Assembly: GCA_965285935.1 (NCBI GenBank)
Contig: OZ260662.1
Coordinates: 24,800,001 to 24,864,000 of the forward strand
Direction of reading: 5' to 3'
Origin: Ophelia neglecta
Lineage: Eukaryota
Length of the DNA: 64,000 nt
Made by a program: the position numbers and the translations under genes. Under the pieces are notes generated by a model. The model did no database searches and was not told the origin of the DNA. It saw only the letters and a program-made list of their open reading frames with translations. Shown in pieces: positions 1-11,948 of this stretch; within the stretch, counting starts at the first letter, position 1; the number at the start of each line of letters is the position of its first letter.

Positions 1-112
1 GCCTTTCATCCTAAAGAGATGACCGTAAATTCGCACATACCGCAAATCGTTGATTTGAGCAACAATATACAAATTCTTTCACGCCTGAATACAATTTTAC
101 TTTCTATTGCAG

Positions 113-416
113 AACCATGCATGGCGGTGCGCTGTCACCTAATTGTGTGAACAGTCCTTTCACTGAGAAGTCCACTGCAATGGAATATGTTTCCCAAATG
201 GAATTTCATTCCTGCTGTTTTATGACATAGAGTTGGTACTTCATAGCGAAACGACCATAACTGGTACTTATGTTATTTTGGAGCTATTGTGTATATCAGT
301 GAACCTATCAGCATAACTTATGTCGTAAGACATTGCCATTAAATCAACGGATCTATTCATCACTTACTGATATCTCTAGTGGAGACAATCTATCCAGCAC
401 ATCTGTAAATCTACAG
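113..416 (+). other. Candidate non-coding (5'UTR) exon with a 37-codon uORF at 117-230
   Basis: Strong acceptor ttttactttctattgcag| and consensus donor CAG|gtaagt on the nAChR strand; no transcript evidence available. Confidence 0.4.
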
Positions 417-3400
417 GTAAGTGACGGCATTTCATCAGTTTAAAAATAGTGCTGGTTGCCAATCTTTGGAACGGGCAAAATATAATACCAATTTCTTTTA
501 CATTTCTATTTAAGGGTTTTAGATGTAAAAATCCTCAAATGACAAAAAAAAATTAATCAAAAGCATAACAAAATAGTTTGGTAAACAAAGTAATTGACTG
601 TTATACATTCCTACAATAATAGTCATGTTATAGCTGTCCCATCGTGTTTATATACATATATATATAATTGACTGGATGTTTTGTAATGTGATGTGTGGAA
701 CCTGTTCTTGTGAAAGGAAAGCTCGGATGATAGAAACAAGTCAGAAAAGGTCAATCCTGCACTACATGGCTTCTGTAATCAGCACCAACAAATATAATCG
801 CATTTCTTATCAGCGGGAGTATTGTGCCACCTTTATGTATTTTAGTCTCAGTGGGCGGCACTGTTTACCGAGTGACTTTATATAATGAAAGTGTGCCAAT
901 GGCTGAATGTGTCGCGAATCCGGGTTACCAGTTGGAATTTAAGTTAGTTTTATCACGTGTCTCAGCTGTTGAAATTCTAAGTTGAACTGACTGTTATACT
1001 CTGTATGGCAGTAAATACACATTGGTGCCTTAATAATAACTGCCTTGTCTATTGTTATGGTCGTCCTCGCCAAGGAGTTGGAATGGAGTTGATATCAGTG
1101 CAACGCTCTGCGTGGCAACCTGTATGTGCATAAAATCTCATTAACCTAATCCGCAGGTGATCAAGATAAGAACATTGGTGTTGGGAGCAACCTAGTAGAG
1201 CAAAGCAGATTTCTTTGGGTGTTGTGAGCAAAGTTCGTTTATGTCGAAGTGAGATTTAGAGTAATTAAACAGTAGTTCTATATTATTCGTGAAACAACGT
1301 CTCTCAAATATCCTTTTATACGTTATTTCGTGTTTAGAGGTTACATGAGATGCACAGGGACAATGTGCAAGCCTGTGACCTAGGAGACCCCCCCCCCCCC
1401 CGGGCAATATATGCATTCTTAGGCACTTATTTGAATGCACCAAAGTCTAAAAAACGTAACATATACTTTAAACTGCCATGTGTTTTAAAAAGCGAAATCA
1501 AAATTTAATCTTACTTTTTAAATGATTTGATAGATTTGCAAGCATAATATGGCAAACGTATAGCTGATTGCGTGTGTTTAAATAGTTATTACTTTGTGCT
1601 TACGTGCACCAATTTACTAAAATTGGGGATACCTATTTGACCGTCGGAGGTAACAAATTACCTACATTGTTTTGAAATTCTCTTTCCACGATTTCGTGTT
1701 CGAACATAATACAGCAATGTCTCGCTGGTCTTGGTTTAGGTTAGTAATCTGTGTTGAGTTGAGTGCAATAGACACTATGCCAGTTATAAAGCCTGGTTTT
1801 TTATATGACAGTTGGCACTTACCCCGCGATGTCATTTTTGGCTTTAGCAATTATCGTCACTTGACTTTCCCCTAGGAAATGAAGTGCAGAAAGTGCTATA
1901 AATATGGCAACAGCATCTTCCTTTCATACGAGTGATGTGCCCTTCATATCAGAGATACCCTCGGGTAAACTATTCCAGGTTTTTTTGTCGATGTGTCCTG
2001 ATAAAACTATTTGTGTTTTTTTTTTCCATTTTCCCACATTCTCTACGAATCGAATGGTTTCAAACCAAACTTTGTGTCCCCTACATAAATAAATGGAAAA
2101 AAAGCAATGCATAATTTATGTTAGAATTGGCATTTATAGTTAAATGAAACGGCTAAATGCCAGCGGGTTGCACTTTTCCTTATCTTGTAGATGGTGCAAT
2201 AAGGCAGGTTCTAGTTCCAGATAAAATATATATATAATTTCGCGAAATCGGGCTCGGTTAATTGCTTGATCCTGTAACATTAGAAGATGAGTTTAATAGT
2301 GATTTTTATTGTCTACAGTGTGGTTCATAGTGACTCGGTGCACTCAATGATAGTGGAAACAGGCAGTGGGCAATTGATAACCAATAATCTAATAATTCGT
2401 CTGTGAACCAAGTCGATGCACTCCAACCCTCTGGGGTAGCGTTATGTTCGTCCTTGCAAACAGACACTAAAGCCACCTTTGAATGACTCGGCCATGAACA
2501 ATGACAATGACTTGTCCCAAACTAGCTTAGTTTCATCCGCAGTAGGGCATGTACTTGTCATAATGGACAATAAAAGCGGGAGATGAGGAAATTGCGCTAC
2601 AATGGCATTCTATCCCATGATTAACAGTGGTGCGTGTATATGTTAAGTGCCACATTTTGGTCGTGGTAGAGCTTGATAAGGTTCCGTTCTTTTGTACCTT
2701 TTGAAACCTATGCCATTCAGTAGGTAGAAATTGTTCATAATATGGTAATGGACGCTCTTATCCACACTCCGCTTCGTGCAAAAATATCCCTCAAAAGCTT
2801 TTTCTGATCATATAAAAACTACAAGCCATAATTTTTTCTAAACACGAAAAAGGCATGGCCCGAATTCTTGTCTTCGTTACAGAAAACACAACATATGATA
2901 TATGGAGGCTGCATGTTCCACTCTGATGGACATAGTTGGCAGCCAAAACCCTTTGCTCAACATAGTGTTGGTGTGCGCCATCATTTGTTCTATACATGGG
3001 ATTTAGCCAGTTCATTTAATGTCCACTACAAATATACATTCGATTCTTCATAAAAACATAGACTCGTGATTCTGATTCCATTTGATTGATAAGATACTCA
3101 TTTTTTGTATTCGTCGATTAAATGGAGGTGGAGGGGGTGGCTTCATAAATGAACATAAAATGAGTTAAGCGCAACTTAATAAGCTCACACTTTGACCAAT
3201 GACTTGTTTGTTTTGAGATCTAACTCGCATCATGTAAAACTGTTGAATACTGTTGCAATTGGTATCAAAATATATTAATGGAATGTGTTATTGTATTCCT
3301 AGTTTATTTACCTTTTGAGATATGGAGATTGATTTGCGATGTGTGTGGGGATGCGCTTCTCGTTCCTGGTGTTTTTGAAGAGATTTAATAGGATAATCCT

Positions 3401-4670
3401 TGCTAATGATTTGGCTTTTTGCTTTTCTATCCAGTCCCGTTTTTTTTAAGCATTCAACAAATGAAGTAAGAGCTGCAATCAATTTAGAGGACCACAATTA
3501 CTGAATTGCACTTGGTTCAATGTTGCGTCACTTCACCACGTTGTCTTCCTCTAGAATTTTTAAGGGACATAAAATGACAATTAATCAGCTGGCGGAGAAG
3601 GCGGTAACTGGTGTTCTTGTTGCACATTCTCCATCAATCGGGTACGTGAATGGCTTACGCGATACTATCAGGTTAGAAGCGTGTGATGACTGGCTAAAAA
3701 CCTGTAATATTTTTAGTAATGGCTGAAAAAACCATTCATAGGACATAATAATATACGGTATAGGTTCGGTTTGTCAGCCATGCTGTTATACTGGTGTCTG
3801 TCGAGTCCACAAATATTAATTTGTTTAACTAAATAGTCAATTATAAGGCACTAGATTAAGCAGGAATTAGGAACCATTGGGCATTGCCATTACGTTCGAA
3901 GGTAAGGCATGAATTAAACAAAAAAGAACAGCAAAAGTTGGAGCCCAATAGTACAAAGTTTAAAAAAAAAATTCAAATTAATTCATAATTTTGAAATCTT
4001 GATGAACTCGAAAGACGTGTTTTTTTCAATTATTTCCCCAACTCGATAATTGTTGGTTACGCAATTATTCCACAGTTTTTGTCATTGAATAGCTCTATCT
4101 CAGACATAGATTATTCTATTACAACAGCTAACCAAGACCAATTATTAAAGCAGTTGATGTCACGAGATTTATGTTTTCATAGTAATTCAGTGCAGCGCCC
4201 TTATCTCTCACGTTAAACAAGGTCATACATTTTTGTTGTCTACTCGTGTCCTGTGTTCAAACGCCGCTGGCAATACGCAGACTATCACTTCTGAAATAGC
4301 CTTAGTCTCTAAGTAATCAACAGCAAAGCAAATACAATCAAACTTGATGTGTTTTCGTGTCGATGGCAGTTACATTTTTCTGGGTTTCCATAAATATTCC
4401 TTTACTTGGAATATCCGCGTTATATGATGCAGATTATTATGCTTTTATGACTGTTTGATAGGTATTACATGCAAACGCCCCTGATAATTTTGAATGCATG
4501 AAGCTATTAGCAATTATTTTGTTTCCTGTGCGTGGCTGGTCACTAGCACGAATGAGTGTTTGCTTCACTCACATAAGGGACCTCTGTGAGAGTTTATAAG
4601 TCCCAGAGATGTCTTGTACTATTGTTGTGTCACTATCTTATCTATTTTCACCGTTTTGTGTGTTTTCTAG

Positions 4671-4714
4671 ACGTTCAAAATACCTGTGATAAAACAAGAC
4701 GTTGGAACAGACAG
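4671..4714 (+). other. Candidate 44-nt non-coding exon
   Basis: Polypyrimidine acceptor tgtgttttctag| and donor CAG|gtaaac. Confidence 0.35.
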
Positions 4715-7700
4715 GTAAACGATTAGACCAAAATATTTATAACTGACTTGGGTTTATAAAAACAGCCAATATATGCGGCGATTAGATGTTAATCTGCCAG
4801 GAACCAATTAAATGATACAATTCGGCAAGCTGTCTGTACTGAACTGCACACAAGGAGACTTATTCTTTCCCTAAATATCGTTTATTGGCTAAGCATTGCA
4901 GCATTAATAAATGCGGACAGACTATATAGAGAATGATAATGATTGACAGATTGGCTTAACGAATACACATTTCTTAAAAGTACGCTTTGGCATATATATA
5001 TTATCAGTTGAATGAAATTCAGTATGTTTGGCCTTGTGCACTAATGTCCAACCTCATTAAAACGTTTGAAAGTAGATATAATAATTAACAATTGTCCTCG
5101 TTTGAGCTGAGCGAATTAGAGGGCTATTGCTATATACGTGACAAATCTTGTCAAACTGAACTGCTAGCCAGTTTCCGAGCCAGTTTAGATACGACGTGAC
5201 GAAACAGGACGAAAGAGACCAGACCATTCTCGACTCAGACTTCGGCCGGACGAGTTAGCCAAAATTAAAAACAAACCAAGAATATACAGAAATCTTCCAT
5301 TAAGAGGCATTTAAAAATCCAAGGATATCTCAGCATCCACTTGACTACAACAACAAATAGTCGTAAAACAAAGGCCTGGTGCACCTCCTGTTAGTTTTCG
5401 TTAAAAAAAAGATTTTGATGTTGGGTGGCTTCGCGGTTGCCAATTATCATTAGCCTCTGTACATGCCGATAGATAAAACATTCTCTAAAATAATCTGACC
5501 ATATTGTACACTCGCTGATTTATCCAAATAAAGATCTCGATGGTCCACCGCAAGTGGCATTCCAATAAAAGATCAGTTTTCTGTCGCCCTTACATAATTA
5601 TTATTTTATTAATCTCAATATCGCCAGAATAACGTTTTACAAAATGATAATTCATTTGACCAGAAGAGCAGCAGAATATTAACACATGCAGAATGCCAAC
5701 AGTATGTGATTTCAGCTACGTATCAAAGCAATGCATGTTTGGCATATGCAACAGCGAAGTCAAGACGGCGATGCATTAGGATCATGTCTACTTCGCATGT
5801 CTACTCTGTGTAAGGTCAAAGTATTACCGTATACAGCAATCACTTTGATTGTATATAAATAAGGCGTGTGTACTGTGGTGAGCTTTTAATGATTTTTCCA
5901 TCGCTTAGAATTTTTATCATTAGCCTCCACGGAGAAGTTCAACCGCAGCTAGAATGACGATATTGCACGCAGACTTCCAATGGGATGTGTCAAGAATGAT
6001 GCTGTTCCATTTAGAGAGCATTAGAGATGCCGGCAATTGAAAACGACGAGTAAACCATAAGAAGCTCAGCACGTTCCATCTAAACTGGTAGTCATTAGTG
6101 TCTTCGCCTTAAGAGTGTTTGCGGATGCATAACTTAGCGCACGGAAGGTGTTTTAGGAAAGGGTTTCGTTTAGTACTAGAACTGGCCCGCATACTTCAAC
6201 TTACAGTTTATATGGATAGGAATGACATAAATGGCTAAATAGCTATCATTCTAGATAACTTTTATTTTGGAGTAGGTATTTTCAAAAAGGTAGCCTAAGG
6301 GGGCATTTTATGGTGACAAGTGATCTTTTCATTCACACAGTATGTTGGAGTATGTTACTAATTTTTTTGCTATAGTGTCAAAAAATGGAAGTATTCGTGG
6401 TTGGCATGCTAACAGGTACCAAGCAACTAAAAAACTTTTATTGCTATTTTATGATTTTTTTTTATAAACCTTTCAAAACTAGTCCTCCTATTACAAAAAA
6501 GATGGGGTCAGAGACTGGAAGTACCTCTTTTCAACTGTACAAATAAGTGGCTTAAATAAATGTGAGAAAAGAAAACGGGAGCACGTCCATCTATGATTGA
6601 ATTTGCATTAACTCACACAGTGTTTAGAAATAAGGAGAAGCCAATGAATAGTGAAATATTCATCATCTGATAGATAATACAATTGACAATATAATGTTTG
6701 TATGCCAAAAAGTACCACTCTATCTGTAATAACAATATGTTTCCCTGATACTGCCCAAATAGCGTTTTGCAACCTCCCGCGTGGAACTTTAAAAGTGATG
6801 CTATGTTTCTAGTACATTACAACTAGATTTGACATTAACATGAGATAAATGTATTTTAAATGATTAAAGTAGTTGGGTATTAAGTGCAAATTTTTCACTG
6901 TAAGATAATAAGACGCTTAATAAATGGAGCGAGGTCCCAGGTTCCATTCACAGCATGGTTACAATATACAGATTCCCAATGAGTTGACTAATAATATAGT
7001 TTTAAGTGACTTTCGAATTATACAACTAACAAAGTATTTTGGACACATTTCATGTGATGCATATTACTGTTAAAGACTGAAAGGCCAGTTCCTAATATAC
7101 CACAATAGCACAGTGGGATGGTCATGTATGAACCATTTCCCTCATTTTGAAGTCATGTTATCCGTTTGAACATATAGCACACCAGCGTGTCAATAAACTG
7201 AGCATATTCAACCCTGCCTTTCATAGCCTTTATCTATTGAAGATCATTTGGCTCTCTCTCCGTTACTTTATAATCCCCATTCCTCTCCTATATGAACTTA
7301 AAAAACAGGCGGTTAATGTTTTACGATCGCATTTGGACGTTTCTTGCATATTTTAAATAAAATGAGAAAGCAAAAGACACTTTAGCAGAGTTATTTGCCC
7401 AAAATTGTCAATTTGCCCAATATTGCCTATAAATATTCTCTTAAATTTCCAGCAACCCATCCAGTTAGCTTCTGTTTTATTTCGATTCACGTTTAAAGTG
7501 GATATGACAGAAAAAAAACTTATTAAGTGACCACATAATTCACTAATCCCTCAATGTTAGTGTAATATTATCTGCATATTGCAAAATAGTACCCTCTTTA
7601 AAACCTGTTATCCATGGTAACATAGTCCAATGAATATCCTCGCTTTATCTTATTAAAATAGCAAGTAACATCACAAAACATATGGGTCATAATGGTCATA

Positions 7701-7809
7701 TTCCAACATTGCAGAAGGAGTCAGTATAGCAAACCAGCTTAACTGATGCAACCCACGGTGTGTGTTTAAAACAGACAACGAGTTGATGAAGGTATCACCC
7801 AAACACAAA

Positions 7810-9130
7810 AATTTAAGCTTTTCAATTATACTTTGTTTTCCTTGTGTAGAAATGCAATAATGTCAACAATTTTCCTGATTACTAATCCTGCATTTCGACC
7901 TTTTATGAAGCCGTTCTGGTCTGGACTAATTATATTAAAGGTCACTTGTCGACGCCTCAAGCGATAGTCTTAGCCATTATTTAATAATCAGCCTTTGTAA
8001 GGCTAATGGAATGGCAGTTTCCTAATTCAACCCAGTCTCCCTTCCCTTTGTAATGCAATGTAATCATCCCTTTTCTTTGCGATGGGAAAATCTCACTTAT
8101 TTGGAGACTCTCTAGGTTAGCACTCAGTAGTATGTGTCTTGGTCTTGCCCATCAACTTTATACCGACTGGTGTAAGGTCATCAGTACCAGGGCTCGAATC
8201 ATTCTTAAATGAATTAAGGCAACACCTAACTTATCGAAACTGATGTAAGTATCACAACTATTTTTCTGTTTTAAACTTATAGATTTGCAAGTTTAATTAA
8301 AAAATTATCCAGATCCTTAATATTTAAATTTGATTTCTTCTGATACAAGGAGCCGTAAAAATCACCCTGCCTGTTTCACAATGCACTACTGATCACTAAT
8401 GGTATGCCCATCGTATTTTAGCTGAGCCATGACATTTGGAAGTGCTCGTGCGTTTTCAAGACAAAGAAAGTGTTTTATGTTGTTCACCCTCCCCATTCAA
8501 CATCTAGCCTGATTAATAACACAAAGATTATGTTCACACTCCAACTCTTTATCTGATTTCTAACTCGTTATAAGTGACCTTTACAAGACACTGATTAAAA
8601 AATGTCAGATTACTTTGCCTGCTTGCCCTTTCATATTATCTTTGCCTTCAAAAGACTGAACTTTAATGAGGCATTTTAACCTGTACAGTACAGATGTCTC
8701 TAAGAGGGTTAAAAGGTACGAACTCATAATTATGAATGGTGCATTTTATAATATCACTAGTAAGATTAACATAATTGATTTTGCTCAAAAGTCCATAGTT
8801 AAGTGCCCAATACGATGGGCTCCCGTCTCTGTCAGACGTTTACAGCGACATTGATACCGATCTGTGATCCGCCAATGGGATGATATCTGAAATGTCACAA
8901 CCCACCGTGTTTATCATGGCAAGTGTATTGACAAATAGTTAATCAATATTACACATTATTGGGGAAGATTTATGATGCCAAGTATAATCCTTCTACTCCT
9001 CGTGATGTACGTGCCAAGCACCGAGCCAGGATCGGCCACCAAGTTTTCGAACTGACCTACCTCTTGATCAGAGTGAGCATGACCGCATATTAAAGATATT
9101 GTCAAAGGTTATAGCAAGTTTTTACTCGTA
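7810..9130 (-). mobile_element. Decayed Tx1/L1-clade non-LTR retrotransposon ORF2 (AP endonuclease C-half, linker, RT N-terminus)
   Basis: Minus-strand translation, with stops and frameshifts, gives in order AWHVHHEE*KDYTWHHKSSP...NID*LFV (EN), ADHRSV (SDH motif), PSYWALNYGLL (GPGYWKLN motif), SSPGTDDLT, SQRKGMITLHYKGKGD, ISLTKADY*IMAK, IISPDQNGFIKGR. Confidence 0.85.
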
Positions 9131-11866
9131 ATCCAAAAATGTTGAGCATTTGAATATCTTACATTTTGGCCCTTTCTTACGCCCCCCCCCCCCCCTTCCC
9201 CGGTATTCGTCTGCTCTTGTCAGGACCTCAGGAGATTTCACTGCGGTATCCTCAATAGAACCCGCATCACCTATGTTAAATTTCCACCCAAGGTGAATGA
9301 GCTGTCAATGCAGCTGTGTCCAAAGTGCTGGTGTCGTTTTCCTGCCGGAAGCCTGCTGCCACTGTGTCGTCTGCCTCAGCTTTTGTAATAAGTCTCCATT
9401 AACAGCTTGCCAATCAGATTTCTACCTGGCTTCTGACCGGAGTGGTGTCGTAAGAGTACTGCAGACTGAGACCAGAACCCCACCGTTTACCATGTGAGGA
9501 TCCACAAGACGTTTATCCATAGTACTTTGTAACTTTGATTGGGATTTTATACATTGTTGACATTTCAATTTGACTATTGTTTCATTATCTCATTAGACAA
9601 AGGAAGGGTCACTGGTATCTCTAACTCTAAGACTGTTGTCAATGATTTTTCTGGCTTCCTCTGGATGAGTAATCTGTTTTAGTTTTTCCATCAGATCTAA
9701 TGTCCAGCCACAGTATGCTGCCATTTATGTTTGAAAGAGATGAGCAGCTGTAGGAATAGTTCACCTTGATACTCAAATACTGCCCTGTTGATATTTGACA
9801 GGGGTGTTGCCTCGAATAATTCAATTGATGATTCGCGGATATTTCCGGTCCCTGAAGACAAGAATTTGGTTTTCGATTACCTAGACATTTCCTGCAATTC
9901 GCAGTTGACCGTCAGTTCTTTAAAGATAGACATAACTTTCCTGTTTAAAACACGTAAATTTCACAGGGTTTTCAGTTGGCAACAAACCGTAATTTTAGCA
10001 AAACAAGACACGTAATTAGCTGTTTCCGATTCTAGAACATATTCTCTTTCCCAGTACTATCTTAAGACTTTGTGAATTTCCGGAAAAGAGAGCGTAGGAT
10101 TTGTGTCGCTTTTTATATGTGGTTTCATTAGTCTTCTTTTTCTCTCTCTACAGTAGCTGTGTGCTCATATACTGTAAATATCTTACGAATGATTGAGCTG
10201 CCAACTGACGATTTAGGCTCTTTAGTGTCGAAGGTAACCAACGTGCTATTGCCGTTTTCAAGATGAATAACTATCTTACCAAATTAACAACATTCATGAG
10301 TGGCTTGCAAATTAGGGTGGAAAAAAAAGGAAATGATCCGAAATGTCCTTGGACGGCTCCATGGCATTCAGGGATGGGTAGGCCGTGTTCATGGTTTGTA
10401 TAAAATACCCAGTTCTAATTTGATTTTAAAAAAGGGCTGATGGGCGTAGATAATGGAAAGGAGGTGAAATTGGCCAACCTAGACAATCACGTGGCCTGGC
10501 TTATCATTGATTGACCTGCCTTCCCTGAACTAAGACTCGACGTTCACACAGGAAACGTTCAGCACGCTGTTTGAATTTCTATCATAATAGCCCAGTAACA
10601 GGGGGCCAAGAGGATATAATATGGATATTAATGGCTTAAACATCCTTGATTATTAAAAATCAAATCAATTGATTAAGCAATTATAATATGTAACGGTATA
10701 AATACATATTTGCAAGTTTTAATTTAAGAGTTGCGCAGTATATTGTCCATTTTCCTCTCATAATAACTTATTTGGCGGATGCCTTTCTTTTAAATTAAAA
10801 TTACAAACAACACGTCATGGTTTGTGAGGAGGCGGACGATACCTTGCCGTTTACTAGCAAAAGAGGCACGGAAAATCTCCAATGAAGGCTACAGGATAAA
10901 CAAATTGAAAATTGCTATCGGTATGTATAAATGAAAGGAAAGAATACGCGAGGATTTCATGATCGAACGAACAATATAAATGATTGGCATGTTATCCTGT
11001 CCATATGATTCTATATCTGAAGAAGACTTATTTGCTCCGCTTATGGCAATGATAAATAGGACCGTGCATTGGAACTAAAAAGGGGACCGGGCATTATTGT
11101 GTAATGGGGAGCATTGGAATATATCACATTTTGGCCCTAATATTTTTGAGCATTCCATTGCTCTCGACATTTATGGACAAACTCCATCTTTTGATAAGGC
11201 ACTTGAAAGTATGATGGCATGTAAAAATACTTGGGGCAAAGTAGCCATGTTTGCCCCAATGAGTACATATATTTTTGATTATATTATTGAGTCTTTTAAT
11301 TTCAAGACTGCAACCTATTTCAAAACGGTGAGAAGGAATTTAAAAAGTATGGCTTAAACTGGGGCAAAGTAAAGTAGTAGTTTTTGATAGCTCATGGGTG
11401 TTTCAATAACAAGATTTCAAAATATTCTAAACCGGACTAGAGGGAAGGAGATACAAAAGTTTGGTTATAAGCTGATTTAAGATGAAGCCGGCTTTTTCCA
11501 GGATATACTGAGTCTCTAAATTAGAAAGTTAGTTAGCCCATGGATTGTCGTGGATTCATATAATTACTCATTGTAAAATGTTCCTGTACTTGCATTTTTA
11601 GGTAAATACATTTAATAATAATATGTGGCAGCCTTTAAAATGCAATGTGCTAGTAACGTAAAAATATGAATTTTTCTTAGCGAAACAAGAAGTCAAGAGC
11701 CTTATTCATTTCCTTGTACTAACTGAACATGATATCATGTTACAAGGTTGCTAAGAATGGATTTGAAAAAAAGTGCTGTGTTCCCTCAAATACTCTTTCA
11801 TAGTTATACACCACGGTGACATAACTGATGAGATGAAATGTATATTTGCAGAGCGGAGCTTCTATT

Positions 11867-11948
11867 ATGCACCTAGACGAGATTGCCCGAGCATGGCTGG
11901 AGATAGCTTTAACCTTGCTGCTCACGTTTACATCTAGTGCCGTTCAAG
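11867..11948 (+). CDS. nAChR-like coding exon 1 (signal peptide MHLDEIARAWLEIALTLLLTFTSSAVQ)
   Basis: ATG at 11867, hydrophobic core, donor CAAG|gtgagc in phase 1; an acceptor tttgcag| at 11851 implies upstream non-coding exon(s). Confidence 0.85.

Noticed and set aside
6880-6960. tRNA or tRNA-SINE-like B-box fragment
   Set aside because: No cloverleaf and no properly spaced A box; no tRNA gene is supported anywhere in the window.
11825-11840. CTGATGA-gat-GAAA hammerhead-like core
   Set aside because: Only 3 nt between the core boxes, so no stem II; it lies in the branch-point/acceptor region of the receptor exon. Similar cores near 58935 and 62321 also lack pairable stems.
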